Of a stretch of DNA of 32,000 nucleotides, positions 9,481-18,990 are shown one piece after another; position 1 is the stretch's first letter; each line of letters begins with the position of its first letter. The position numbers and the translations under genes were made by a program. The stretch lies in NCBI RefSeq assembly GCF_016592615.1, contig NZ_AP013043.1:420001-452000 (forward strand), given 5' to 3'. Source of the stretch: Isorropodon fossajaponicum endosymbiont JTNG4. GTDB lineage: Bacteria; Pseudomonadota; Gammaproteobacteria; PS1; Pseudothioglobaceae. Below the pieces are notes generated by a model. It was not told the origin of the DNA, searched no databases, and saw only the letters and a list, made by a program, of their open reading frames with translations.

Positions 9481-10854
9481 TTAAAAGTCTTGGATGGAAA
9501 TATTGTTGTCTCTTAACCAAAGTTTAAATTTTTCTTGAATTTCATTTAGGGTTTTTTCATCGTCTGCTTCAAAACGTAATACCAAGCATGGTGTCGTGTT
9601 AGAAGGGCGGACCAAGCCCCAGCCGTTATCGTAATCTACGCGCACACCATCAATGGTGATGATTTTTGCATTAGGAAAGTCAATGTTTTTAGCTAATTTA
9701 TCCATAGCGTCAAATTGCTGGCCTTGTTTTTCAAAGTGAATGTTAATTTCAGGTGTGTTAATGCTGTTTGGCAAGTCATCGAATATTTGCGCACAAGTTT
9801 TATCAGTTTTTGATAAGATTTCTAGTAGACGCGAGCCTGTATATAAAGCATCATCAAATCCATACCAACGCTCTTTAAAAAAGATATGTCCACTCATCTC
9901 GCCGCCAAGTGCCGCACCAGTTTCTTTTAATTTGGATTTAATGAAACTATGCCCTGTGCGTGATATAATTGCCTCGCCACCATGCTGAGCAATGTCTTTG
10001 GGCAATAGTGATGAGCATTTAACATCAAAGATAATTTTAGCACCTTGATTACGTTTGAGAATGTCTCTTGAATACAATATCATTTGTCTATCAGCCCAAA
10101 TTACGTTACCTTTGTTGTCAATCAAACCTAATCGATCACCATCACCATCAAAGGCAAAACCCATATCTGCACCTGTGTTTTTAACTTCTTTGATAAGACC
10201 TTCAAGGTTATGAAGTTTGGAAGGGTCGGGGTGATGGTTGGGGAAGTTACCATCAATCAAGCAAAATAATTTTGTGACTTTAACGCCCAGTTGTTCAAAT
10301 AGTTTTGGTGCAATATTGCCTGCAATACCATTGCCCGCATCAACAACAATATGAAGTGGCTTGTCTAATTTAACATCACGAGTGATGCGCTCAATATAAT
10401 CTTGTTCAATGTCCACCTTGGTTGAAGTACCATGACCTGAAGAAAAATCACTCATTTGAATACGCCGGTAAAGTGCTTGAATGCGCTCACCTGAGAGCGT
10501 CTCGCCCGCAATCATGATTTTAAAGCCATTATATTCTGGTGGATTGTGCGAGCCTGTAATCATCACACCTGAGGTACTGGCTTTAGTATGTGTTGCAAAA
10601 TATACCAAAGGGGTTGGTACCATGCCAATATCCACAACATGACAACCGCTTTCTTGAAGACCTGCTTTTAAAGCTTGCATCAAATCCACACCACTTAGAC
10701 GACCATCACGACCAACAACAACACCACGCTCATCTTTGGCAATGGATTCACTACCAATTGCCAAACCGATGAGTTTGACATTTTCAGGGGATAAATCCTG
10801 CTTAACAATGCCACGAATGTCGTAAGCTTTAAAGATTGACTGAGGAATGCTCAT
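9481..10854 (-). CDS. algC: phosphomannomutase/phosphoglucomutase (AlgC type)
   Basis: Carries the active-site loop TGSHNPPEYNGFK, the metal loop FDGDGDR and the sugar loop GGEMSGH. The protein is 457 aa. Confidence 0.88.
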   Translation of the reverse strand: MSIPQSIFKAYDIRGIVKQDLSPENVKLIGLAIGSESIAKDERGVVVGRDGRLSGVDLMQALKAGLQESGCHVVDIGMVPTPLVYFATHTKASTSGVMITGSHNPPEYNGFKIMIAGETLSGERIQALYRRIQMSDFSSGHGTSTKVDIEQDYIERITRDVKLDKPLHIVVDAGNGIAGNIAPKLFEQLGVKVTKLFCLIDGNFPNHHPDPSKLHNLEGLIKEVKNTGADMGFAFDGDGDRLGLIDNKGNVIWADRQMILYSRDILKRNQGAKIIFDVKCSSLLPKDIAQHGGEAIISRTGHSFIKSKLKETGAALGGEMSGHIFFKERWYGFDDALYTGSRLLEILSKTDKTCAQIFDDLPNSINTPEINIHFEKQGQQFDAMDKLAKNIDFPNAKIITIDGVRVDYDNGWGLVRPSNTTPCLVLRFEADDEKTLNEIQEKFKLWLRDNNISIQDF

Positions 10855-10911
10855 AATTTGATAAAATAACGTAAAATAAAAAGACTTATTTTAAACACAA
10901 AGGTTAATTAA

Positions 10912-11289
10912 GTGAAAGAACAGTTTGAAGTTATTGAAATTGACAATGAAATGATGACACTTAAAGTTAATCAAACAGGTGGTTGCCATAGTTGTGAAGC
11001 GAGTAGTGGCTGTGGTACAGGTATATTGGCTAATTATTTTAATCATTATTCTGTTTTTAACAAGCCATATCAAAATGGCGTATCGGTGGGTGATTTTGTA
11101 ACATTAGAAATTTCCTCAAGTGAATTATTTTTGCGTGCATTTATGCTTTATATTGCCCCGATATTAGCCTTATTTTTAGGCGGTGTTATTGGTGTGGCGC
11201 TTTTTCCTCAACAAGAGTTTTGGCATATTTTGTTCTCAGGTATTGGCTTTATTACAGCGTTATTGGGTTGTCGATGGTTTTTCAAGTAG
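10912..11289 (+). CDS. rseC: RseC/SoxR-reducing-system family protein
   Basis: N-terminal Cys cluster GGCHSCEASSGCGTG followed by two TM helices. The start is GTG. Confidence 0.7.
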   Translation: MKEQFEVIEIDNEMMTLKVNQTGGCHSCEASSGCGTGILANYFNHYSVFNKPYQNGVSVGDFVTLEISSSELFLRAFMLYIAPILALFLGGVIGVALFPQQEFWHILFSGIGFITALLGCRWFFK

Positions 11290-11395
11290 AGATTTTTATA
11301 TAATTTAAATGGTTATTTTCTTTTCTATAAAAAATGCTTATGTTTCGTTAATTTATGGATAATTAACCCATTTATTTAATATAAATTCTTAAATT

Positions 11396-14047
11396 ATGCC
11401 AGGTCAAGACATCGATCCTTTAGAAACCCAAGAATGGTTAGAAGCTTTTAAATCTGTTGCTCGTGTTGAAGGTGATGATCGTGCCAAGTTCTTATTAAAT
11501 CAACTAATGGATATGGCACATCATGAGGGTATGGATTTGCCAACGGGTGTTAATACCTCTTATCTCAACAGTATTGCTAAGGAAAAAGAGGTCACAACGG
11601 ACATTAATGCGGATATTGAAGAAAGAATTTCGGCCATTATTCGTTGGAATGCAATGGTAATGGTGGTGAAAGCTAATCAATTGCCATATGATTTAGGTGG
11701 GCATATCGCTTCATTTGCATCAAGTGCAACTTTGTACGAAGTTGGTTTTAACCATTTTTATCGTGGTCCTGATGCTGACCAAGGTGCAGATTTAATCTTC
11801 TTCCAGGGGCATATTTCGCCAGGTATTTATTCTCGTGCTTTTTTAGAAGGTCGCTTGACTGAAGCACAAATGTTGAAGTTCCGTCAAGAGGTTGGAAAGG
11901 AAGGATTATCTTCTTATCCACACCCATGGTTAATGCCAGATTTTTGGCAGTTTCCAACAGTGTCAATGGGCCTAGGGCCAATTATGGCAATTTATCAAGC
12001 ACGGTTTATGAAATATCTTCATCACCGTGAAATTAAACAAACTGACAAGCGCACTGTTTGGGCATATTTAGGCGATGGCGAAACTGATGAACCAGAATCG
12101 TTGGGTGCTATTTCAATGGCAGGACGTGAAAAGTTAGACAATCTTATTTTTGTTATTAATTGTAATCTTCAGCGTCTTGATGGACCTGTTCGTGGTAATG
12201 GCAAAATCATTCAAGAGTTGGAAGGCATGTTTCGTGGTGCAGGTTGGAATGTGATTAAGGTTATTTGGGGTGGTAAGTGGGATGCATTATTTACTAAGGA
12301 TACTCAAGGGCTCTTAAAAAAACGCATGGAAGAAGTCGTGGATGGTGAATATCAGGCTTATAAAGCCAAAGATGGTGCCTATGTACGTAAGCATTTTTTT
12401 AGCAAGTATCCTGAATTATTAGCTATGGTTGAGCACATGAGTGATGATGAAATTTATCATCTTAATCGTGGTGGTCATGATCCTTATAAGGTATTCCAAG
12501 CTTATTATGCAGCCAAAGCATGTCATGATAAACCAACAGTTATTTTGGCTAAAACTGTTAAAGGTTATGGTATGGGTGAGGCAGGAGAGGGTCAAAATAC
12601 CACGCACTCTCAGAAGAAACTAGGACTCAAACAAGTTGAAATTTTTGCCAAACGTTTTGATGTGCCAGTTACTGAAAAAGATGTTAAAGCCTTGAATTTT
12701 TACAAGCCAGCACTTGATAGTGAAGAAATGGTTTATATGCGAGCTAGACGTGAAAAACTGGGTGGTTCATTGCCAGTACGTGCATTTAACTTAGAACAAA
12801 TAAAAATACCTGAGTTGAGTGTGTTTGAAGCACTACTAAAATCCAGTGGTGATCGTGAAATGTCAACCACAATGGTACTTAATCGAGTGATGACGTTACT
12901 GGTTCGAGATAAGCAATTAGGCCCTAAAATTGTACCCATTATCCCTGATGAAGCACGCACTTTTGGCATGGAAGGCCTGTTTAGACAATTGGGTATTTAC
13001 TCCGCTTCTGGGCAACTTTATCAGCCTGAAGATTCAGACAAGGTCATGTGGTACAAGGAAGATAAAAAAGGCCAAGTGTTGCAAGAGGGTATCAATGAAG
13101 CTGGTGCAATTTCTGATTGGATTGCAGCTGCCACAGCTTATGCAACGCATAATACCACCATGATTCCGTTTTATATCTATTACTCAAAATTCGGCTTTCA
13201 GCGTGTAGGAGATTTGGTTTGGGCGGCAGGAGATATGCAAGCTAAAGGCTTTTTAATCGGCGGTACAGCAGGGCGTACCACACTTAACGGTGAAGGTTTG
13301 CAGCATCAAGATGGTGATTCTCAATTGGTGGCAAATACAATTCCAAATTGTGTTTCTTATGACCCAACTTATAGCTACGAATTGACAGTTATTATTCGTT
13401 CTGGGCTTTATAGAATGTATGAAAAGCATGAGAATATTTTCTATTATATCACCACAATGAACGAGTTATACACCCATCCAGAAATGCCAAAGAATTCTGA
13501 AGAAGGTATTATTAAAGGCATGTATAAACTAAGTGTTATTGGCAAGAGTGCGACACAAGTGCAGTTAATGGGCTCTGGAACTATTTTAAGAGAAGTAGAA
13601 AAAGCCGCACAAATGTTAGCTGATGATTGGAATGTGAAATCCAGTATTTGGTCGGTGACAAGTTTTAACGAATTAACACGTGAAGCACAAGCTATTGATA
13701 GAGTAAATCGCTTTAACACAACTGGCATTGCACAAGTATCCTATATTACAAAATGTTTAGAAAATACCAAAGGTCCAGTCATTGTAGCAACTGATTACAT
13801 GCGCAATTTTGCCGAGCAGATACGTAAATATGTGCCTAATCGATATGAAGTATTAGGTACAGATGGTTTTGGACGTTCTGATTCAAGAGCCGCACTTAGA
13901 GAATTCTTTGAAGTTGATGCTAGATATGTAACGATAGCAGCATTAAAAGCACTTGCAGATGAAGGTGAGATTGACATCTCAATTGTCACAAAAGCGATTG
14001 AAAAATATAAGCTCAATACCAACAAACCCAACCCCATGACGGTATAA
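11396..14047 (+). CDS. aceE: pyruvate dehydrogenase E1 component (homodimeric type)
   Basis: 883 aa. It has the ThDP motif GDGETDEPES...NCNLQRLDGPVRGN and is collinear with AceE over its full length. Confidence 0.95.
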   Translation: MPGQDIDPLETQEWLEAFKSVARVEGDDRAKFLLNQLMDMAHHEGMDLPTGVNTSYLNSIAKEKEVTTDINADIEERISAIIRWNAMVMVVKANQLPYDLGGHIASFASSATLYEVGFNHFYRGPDADQGADLIFFQGHISPGIYSRAFLEGRLTEAQMLKFRQEVGKEGLSSYPHPWLMPDFWQFPTVSMGLGPIMAIYQARFMKYLHHREIKQTDKRTVWAYLGDGETDEPESLGAISMAGREKLDNLIFVINCNLQRLDGPVRGNGKIIQELEGMFRGAGWNVIKVIWGGKWDALFTKDTQGLLKKRMEEVVDGEYQAYKAKDGAYVRKHFFSKYPELLAMVEHMSDDEIYHLNRGGHDPYKVFQAYYAAKACHDKPTVILAKTVKGYGMGEAGEGQNTTHSQKKLGLKQVEIFAKRFDVPVTEKDVKALNFYKPALDSEEMVYMRARREKLGGSLPVRAFNLEQIKIPELSVFEALLKSSGDREMSTTMVLNRVMTLLVRDKQLGPKIVPIIPDEARTFGMEGLFRQLGIYSASGQLYQPEDSDKVMWYKEDKKGQVLQEGINEAGAISDWIAAATAYATHNTTMIPFYIYYSKFGFQRVGDLVWAAGDMQAKGFLIGGTAGRTTLNGEGLQHQDGDSQLVANTIPNCVSYDPTYSYELTVIIRSGLYRMYEKHENIFYYITTMNELYTHPEMPKNSEEGIIKGMYKLSVIGKSATQVQLMGSGTILREVEKAAQMLADDWNVKSSIWSVTSFNELTREAQAIDRVNRFNTTGIAQVSYITKCLENTKGPVIVATDYMRNFAEQIRKYVPNRYEVLGTDGFGRSDSRAALREFFEVDARYVTIAALKALADEGEIDISIVTKAIEKYKLNTNKPNPMTV

Positions 14048-14073
14048 GTTTTAAATTAGGACAGGAGAAAAGC

Positions 14074-14417
14074 ATGACTCAAGAGGGAGGCGTACTTAAG
14101 AGAATTAAAATCAGGTGCAATCATGAAATTTGAAGACCTAATAATGCTAATTAATAATGATTATGATTACACACCAACTGCATTTACCAATGGTGAATTA
14201 GAAAATACAATAGATGAAAATCAAAGGTAGTGCTAAGTTGTTCTGCTTTGTTGCCATTCATCAATTAACACCACTAGAAACGCTACATTGTTTTGGTCAA
14301 CACTATCAAGAAGTGCTTAGTACTCCGAATGCTCATTCACATAGCAATATTCGAAACTTTATTACTTATGGCTGGAATGGATTGACTTTTGATTCTCCTG
14401 TGCTGAATCGCAAATAG
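14074..14417 (+). pseudogene. HopJ type III effector family protein, frameshifted twice
   Basis: RBS aggag plus ATG at 14074. REAYLRELKSGAIMKFEDLIMLINNDYDYTPTAFTNGELEN is in frame 2 and stops at 14228-14230. GSAKLFCFVAIHQLTPLETLHCFGQHYQEVL...HSNIRNFITYGWNGLTF continues in frame 0. The shifts fall near 14080-14090 and at the A run around 14222-14226. Confidence 0.7.
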
Positions 14418-14448
14418 ACAATAGTCATTGTTTAATAGTTGGTAAGTG

Positions 14449-14655
14449 TTAATAATGCGGCGGCTGGTTATTGGTTGTTATATGATGACTCTCTTGAGTG
14501 TCATTGGATTGTCTAATTTTCATAGATAAATGTTTAAGCATTTCTTCCAATTCATCAATTTTTTGAGTTTGGCGAAATACCACATTGTTTAACGCCTCAA
14601 TGGTATGTTCAAAGTGGGCTAGTTTCTCTTCTAATTCTATTATTTTTTTATCCAC
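14449..14655 (-). CDS. slyX: SlyX family protein
   Basis: The 68-aa coiled coil IELEEKLAHFEHTIEALNNVVFRQTQKIDELE is typical of SlyX. Confidence 0.8.
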   Translation of the reverse strand: MDKKIIELEEKLAHFEHTIEALNNVVFRQTQKIDELEEMLKHLSMKIRQSNDTQESHHITTNNQPPHY

Positions 14656-15242
14656 AGTACTTTTCCACCATATTCATAAACACCAAGGCCAATCAATACA
14701 AGAATGATACCGCTTAATTGCACATTAGTTAAGGTTTCATGATTAAGTGTTGAGCCAAGTAATAATGCAAATATAGACGTGATAAGTGGCACAATAACTA
14801 CCATTTGAATACAGGCATGTCTGATAAGGTAATAATAGGACATAAAACCGATAACCGAGCCGAACAGTGCTAAATAAATAATAGAAAAGCCAGCTCTGGA
14901 TGTTATTTCTGGGATATCGTCCCCAGTTAAGAGCCAACTGAGTATGAATAAAGGTGTGCTTATTATGAGTGCACCAGATGAAATACTTTGCGACGCATAA
15001 TAAACCAAGCTCATGGTAATAAATATGCCAGCACCAGTGTGTAGATAATGGCGAATTGCTAAGCGAGTTAGGGTGAGTTTTTGTTTTTTGATGCGTAGTA
15101 ATAACAAACAAATTATTAATCCAATCAGCATTCTTGAGGCGACGCTAAAATTAAAGCTTGATCCTAATGCTGACCAAACAATCGCAAGTGGTGTGGTTGA
15201 CCAGATGGCAACTACTGATAAAAAGACTAAAATTATTTGCAT
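14640..15242 (-). CDS. EamA/DMT-family transporter, unusually short (200 aa, about 7 TM); possibly carries an internal deletion
   Basis: The N-terminal EamA repeat (IWSTTPLAIVW...) appears to run after about 4 TM directly into the last three helices of a second repeat (FGSVIGFMSYYYL ... LSGIILVLIGLGVYEY). Confidence 0.55.
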   Translation of the reverse strand: MQIILVFLSVVAIWSTTPLAIVWSALGSSFNFSVASRMLIGLIICLLLLRIKKQKLTLTRLAIRHYLHTGAGIFITMSLVYYASQSISSGALIISTPLFILSWLLTGDDIPEITSRAGFSIIYLALFGSVIGFMSYYYLIRHACIQMVVIVPLITSIFALLLGSTLNHETLTNVQLSGIILVLIGLGVYEYGGKVLWIKK

Positions 15243-15259
15243 GATAATAAGCTGACCAT

Positions 15260-15285
15260 AAAAAAACCACCCATTGGGTGGTTTT
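15260..15285 (-). terminator. rho-independent terminator of pnp
   Basis: On the minus strand a ccaccc-aat-gggtgg stem is followed by T7. Confidence 0.65.
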
Positions 15286-15307
15286 ATACAACCAATGGGT
15301 TTTTAAG

Positions 15308-17401
15308 TTACTTTTCTAATAACGCTTTACGAGATAATTTAATACGACCTCTGTCTAAACCTAAGACTTTAACGTCAATTTCATCACCTTCTTTAAGGTG
15401 ATTTTCTACTTTCTCAACACGCTCATGGGTAATTTCAGAGATATGTAGCAAGCCATCTTGATTAGGCATAATGTTAATAAAAGCACCAAACTCAACAATT
15501 TTAACAACTTTTCCTGTGTAAACTTTGCCTACCTCAGGTGTAGCAGTCACATCTTTCACCATTTGCATGGCTGTGTCAAAAGCTTTTTGGTCATGGGCAA
15601 AAATGTTAACATTGCCAATGTCATCCACATCAACACTAGCACCAGAAGTTGAAATAATGCCTTTAATGGTTTCCCCGCCTTTGCCGATTAAATCACGAAT
15701 CTTATCAGTTTGAATTTTAATAACGGCAGTTTTAGGTGCATTTTTGCTTGGCGTATTAGGCTCGCAAATAACTTGATTCATTTGTCCTAAAATATTCAAC
15801 CTTGCTTCTTTGGCTTGCTTTAAAGCAAGCTCCATAATTTCACGAGTGATGCCTTGGATTTTAATGTCCATTTGTAATGCATTGACACCACGTGATGTGC
15901 CTGCTACTTTAAAGTCCATATCACCTAAGTGATCCTCGTCGCCTAAAATGTCAGTCAATACGGTAAATCTACCACCTTCTTTGACCAAACCCATAGCAAT
16001 ACCAGCAACTGGTGCTTTGATTGGCACACCTGCATCCATTAATGATAATGACGAACCACAAACACTGGCCATAGAGCTAGAACCATTAGATTCAGTAATT
16101 TCTGATACCACACGAACTGTGTATGGGAACTCCTCAATTGAGGGTAAACAAGCAGCAATACCACGGCGTGCTAAACGACCATGGCCAATTTCACGACGTT
16201 TGGTGGTGCCTACACGACCAGTTTCACCCACGCAGTATGGTGGAAAGTTGTAATGCAGTAAGAAGTAATCATTTTGACGTTCAGAAGATTCTAATTTTTC
16301 AATTAACTGAGCTTCACGTTTAGAGCCTAGTGTAGTTACTACCAAAGCTTGTGTTTCACCACGAGTAAATAAAGCAGAACCATGTGTATTTTCTAAAATG
16401 CCTGTTTCGATTTTTAATTCGCGAACGGTTTCGTTATCACGACCATCGATACGTGGGTCGTTATTTAAGATGCGCTCACGTACAGTTGATTTCTCAACCT
16501 TCTTAAAGTATTGACCAACTTCTTCAATAGAATTTCCATTTTCATTTTCATTTGCTAGTGCTTCAATTGCAGCTGCTTTGATTTCACCAACTTTGACATA
16601 ACGGTCAAGTCTTTTTTTAATTTGGTAGGCTTCGTTAATCTGCTCACCAAATTGTGATTTGATGTCGCTCAATAAGACTTCGTTAGTAACAGGCGCTTCC
16701 CAGTCCCATTTTTGCACACCAACTTGTGCGACGAATTCAGCAATATTGGTAATAGCAACTTGGTATTGTTCATGTGCATACATAACTGCACCTAGCATAA
16801 TCTCTTCAGAAAGCTCGTTGGCTTCTGATTCAACCATTAGTACCGCCTCATCAGTGCCTGCAACCACCATGTCCAAATCTGAATCAGCCAGTTCAGTATA
16901 AGTTGGGTTAAGGATGTATTCACCATTAGAATAGCCAACACGAGCACCACCAATTGGTCCGCTAAACGGTACACCTGAAATGCTTAATGCAGCAGATACA
17001 CCTAACATTGAGATAATATCTGGATCAACCTCGGAGTTTGCAGAAATAACTGTAATAAGTACCTGCACTTCGTTCATAAAGCCATTTGGAAACAAGGGAC
17101 GAATAGGGCGGTCAATCAGTCTAGAAGTTAGCGTTTCTTTCTCACTAGGTCTTGATTCACGCTTTAGGAAGCCGCCAGGAATTTTTCCAGTTGCGTAAGT
17201 CTTTTCAACATAATCAACAGACAGTGGAAAAAAATCTTGCCCAGGACGCATTTCTTTAGAACCAACAACGGTTACCAATACTTGAGTATCATCCATACTT
17301 GCCAATACTGCACCATGTGCTTGTCTAGCAATACGACCCGTTTCTAATATGATTGTGTGCTTGCCCATAGTAAAGCTTTTTGTTTCGATATTCATATCCA
17401 T
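15308..17401 (-). CDS. pnp: polyribonucleotide nucleotidyltransferase (PNPase)
   Basis: Two RNase PH domains, a KH domain ([10 protein letters not shown]) and a C-terminal S1 domain ([15 protein letters not shown]). GGAGG lies 5 nt upstream of the ATG at 17401, so the ORF-track TTG at 17413 is probably inside the RBS. Confidence 0.95.
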   Translation of the reverse strand: MDMNIETKSFTMGKHTIILETGRIARQAHGAVLASMDDTQVLVTVVGSKEMRPGQDFFPLSVDYVEKTYATGKIPGGFLKRESRPSEKETLTSRLIDRPIRPLFPNGFMNEVQVLITVISANSEVDPDIISMLGVSAALSISGVPFSGPIGGARVGYSNGEYILNPTYTELADSDLDMVVAGTDEAVLMVESEANELSEEIMLGAVMYAHEQYQVAITNIAEFVAQVGVQKWDWEAPVTNEVLLSDIKSQFGEQINEAYQIKKRLDRYVKVGEIKAAAIEALANENENGNSIEEVGQYFKKVEKSTVRERILNNDPRIDGRDNETVRELKIETGILENTHGSALFTRGETQALVVTTLGSKREAQLIEKLESSERQNDYFLLHYNFPPYCVGETGRVGTTKRREIGHGRLARRGIAACLPSIEEFPYTVRVVSEITESNGSSSMASVCGSSLSLMDAGVPIKAPVAGIAMGLVKEGGRFTVLTDILGDEDHLGDMDFKVAGTSRGVNALQMDIKIQGITREIMELALKQAKEARLNILGQMNQVICEPNTPSKNAPKTAVIKIQTDKIRDLIGKGGETIKGIISTSGASVDVDDIGNVNIFAHDQKAFDTAMQMVKDVTATPEVGKVYTGKVVKIVEFGAFINIMPNQDGLLHISEITHERVEKVENHLKEGDEIDVKVLGLDRGRIKLSRKALLEK

Positions 17402-17564
17402 GAAAACCTCCAAAGAAAAGTTAAAAAAGAAGTTTATGATTTGAACCTAATAAGCTTTATTTGAAATATATTCTAAGTACTGAAATAAGCAATTTTTCCT
17501 TTTGCCTACTAGTGAACATATTTTAGATAAAACTAAAACTCAGATTAAACCATAAAACGAGGCC

Positions 17565-17592
17565 ATTATACCTACGATAAAATGTGATACAA
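17565..17592 (-). promoter_or_regulatory. candidate sigma70 promoter for pnp
   Basis: The minus strand reads TTGTAT, a 16-nt spacer, then TATAAT. This would give a 5' UTR of about 155 nt. Confidence 0.3.
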
Positions 17593-17650
17593 TTTAATAT
17601 TGGGCTATTTGCTAGTTTTTTTTTGATTGTTTTTGAATTGAATTGTTTTT

Positions 17651-17658
17651 TGTATAAT
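17651..17658 (+). promoter_or_regulatory. candidate extended -10 element (TGTATAAT) upstream of the napD remnant
   Basis: TGnTATAAT match about 35 nt upstream of the napD ATG. Confidence 0.25.
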
Positions 17659-17691
17659 CAGACTTTGAATTTTTTCTTAAAGATGGCGTGA

Positions 17692-17944
17692 ATGAAAGAA
17701 AAAGACAATATTGATATTTGTGGGGTGTTGGTGCAAGTGCTTAAAAATCAAACAAAGCAGGTAGAAAATACACTGAATGCTATTGCTGGTGTTGAAGTTC
17801 ATGGCTTGTCTGAAGACAATCGTTTTGTGGTGACAATTGAACAAGACACGAAAACACAAATTATCAGCATCATAGAAAGCTTCAACACTCCTTTCTGGCG
17901 TGGTTTCGACTGCGTTGGTTTATCAGCATTCAGAGCTACTTTAG
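17692..17944 (+). pseudogene. napD: periplasmic nitrate reductase chaperone NapD, frameshifted
   Basis: ICGVLVQVLKNQTKQVENTLNAIAGVEVHGLSEDNRFVVTIEQDTKTQIISIIESFNT aligns with NapD. The conserved tail (LLSGVVSTALVYQHSELL, stop at 17942-17944) is in the next frame. The shift falls at about 17885-17895. Confidence 0.7.
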
Positions 17945-17953
17945 GCATTAGTA

Positions 17954-17985
17954 ATGACCTTTTCACGAAGGCAGTTTTTATTAAC
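17954..17985 (+). pseudogene. napA: 5' stub of napA (Tat signal n-region only)
   Basis: An ATG lies 9 nt after the restored napD stop and encodes MTFSRRQFLL, a twin-arginine motif S-R-R-x-F-L. It is cut off by the IS end at 17986. Confidence 0.45.
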
Positions 17986-18771
17986 TGTAATGCTTAACCT
18001 ACTTGGACACGATTTAATAGGTTTTTTGCCTTTTTAAACATCAATCTAGTATTAGGGTAATAATGACGCTTTCTTGGGCGTATGGCAACTACATTGGCTT
18101 TTTTCATTAGCGTTGCAGTTTGGTAAATACCAATGTTATAACCTTGGTTATTCAAAACTACTCGCATTCTGCGTTTGCCATAGGTGTATCCAACTTCAAT
18201 AGCAGTTTGTTTGATTAATTTAATCATAGCGTTGGTGTTGTTGTTTACTCGCTTATCTTTGACTTGATAGTAATAACTACTGCGAGGAAGTTTGAGTAAT
18301 GCTCATAATTCTTTAGTATTGTATTGTTGGCAAGCCTTGTTTATCTTGATAATCATATCACTTGGTGATTGTCCACAGCGAACAAGGCTGTTGCCTTTTT
18401 TAAGATTTCATTGTCCCTTTGTGCGCGCCAAAGTTGTTTCTCAAGCAGTTGTATTGTTTGTTGTTCAGAAGTCAGCGCTTTGCCTGACTCTGGTGTTTGT
18501 CCACCAAGCTCTGCTAGGTATTGTTTTCTCCATCTGCTAACTGCTGAGGAGCAAGCTCCTGATATTATCATGATTTTTTTTATTGGTGTAATTCTCATGC
18601 ACCATGAGTTTGGCATAATCTAGTGTTCCCCCCTCAAGGGGGTATTGAACAGAATGTTCAACGGTAAAAGTCACTCGTTGTTTTCTTGATTTATATTGTG
18701 TCATTACTGACCTCCTTATGGTTTGTATTATAAGGCTATCTTTGTGTCCAAGTAGGTTAGAGCATTGCACA
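17986..18771 (-). mobile_element. IS3-family (IS911-like) element, an internally deleted and mutated non-autonomous copy
   Basis: Terminal inverted repeats TGT(GC)AATGCT(C)TAACCTACTTGGACAC occur at both ends (17986-18010 and 18744-18771). orfA (RBS aaggagg, ATG 18704) is split over two frames. The A-AAA-AAG slippery site is kept. orfB is in the -1 frame with an in-frame TGA (18303-18305) and ends after ...KNLLNR, just before the point where the DDE domain should start. Confidence 0.8.
18395..18401 (-). other. A AAA AAG programmed -1 frameshift heptamer of the IS3-family element
   Basis: The zero-frame codons ttA-AAA-AAG lie within EILKKATAL, the same context as in IS911. The downstream orfB-like reading frame is in the -1 phase. 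Confidence 0.5.
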
Positions 18772-18798
18772 CTCACCGAAACCCTACATTTCCCTAAA

Positions 18799-18990
18799 TC
18801 ATGCCTTCATTGTGAAGATCCGCCACTGAATCAAACGTTCTAATGATTGAATAACTCGTCTTGCTGGCATGGACAAGTCCACATCAATATTCAAGCCTTC
18901 CCGATTGTAATCATCGACAACATTAAAAGTTCTAATGTGCCTGCCATCAGTGAGTGAGTCTGACATAAAATCCATTGACCAAGTTTGGTT
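18799..18990 (-). mobile_element. internal fragment of an IS3-family (IS407/IS2-group-like) transposase OrfB
   Basis: NQTWSMDFMSDSLTDGRHIRTFNVVDDYNREGLNIDVDLSMPARRVIQSLERLIQWR matches the region around the first catalytic Asp of IS407-type OrfB. No IRs, no orfA and no remaining DDE domain are present. Confidence 0.65.

Noticed and set aside
14074-14133. Short ORF MTQEGGVLKRIKIRCNHEI as a possible aceF remnant
   Set aside because: It has no lipoyl-domain similarity. Read with a frameshift, it forms the N-terminus of the HopJ-family gene instead.
17402-17413. TTG start extending pnp by 4 codons (MEVF)
   Set aside because: The TTG overlaps the GGAGG Shine-Dalgarno sequence that serves the ATG at 17401.
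18620-18642. GC-rich mini-hairpin (ccccc-tcaa-ggggg) inside the IS
   Set aside because: It lies within the orfA coding sequence (YPLEGG), has a short stem and does not recur elsewhere in the window.
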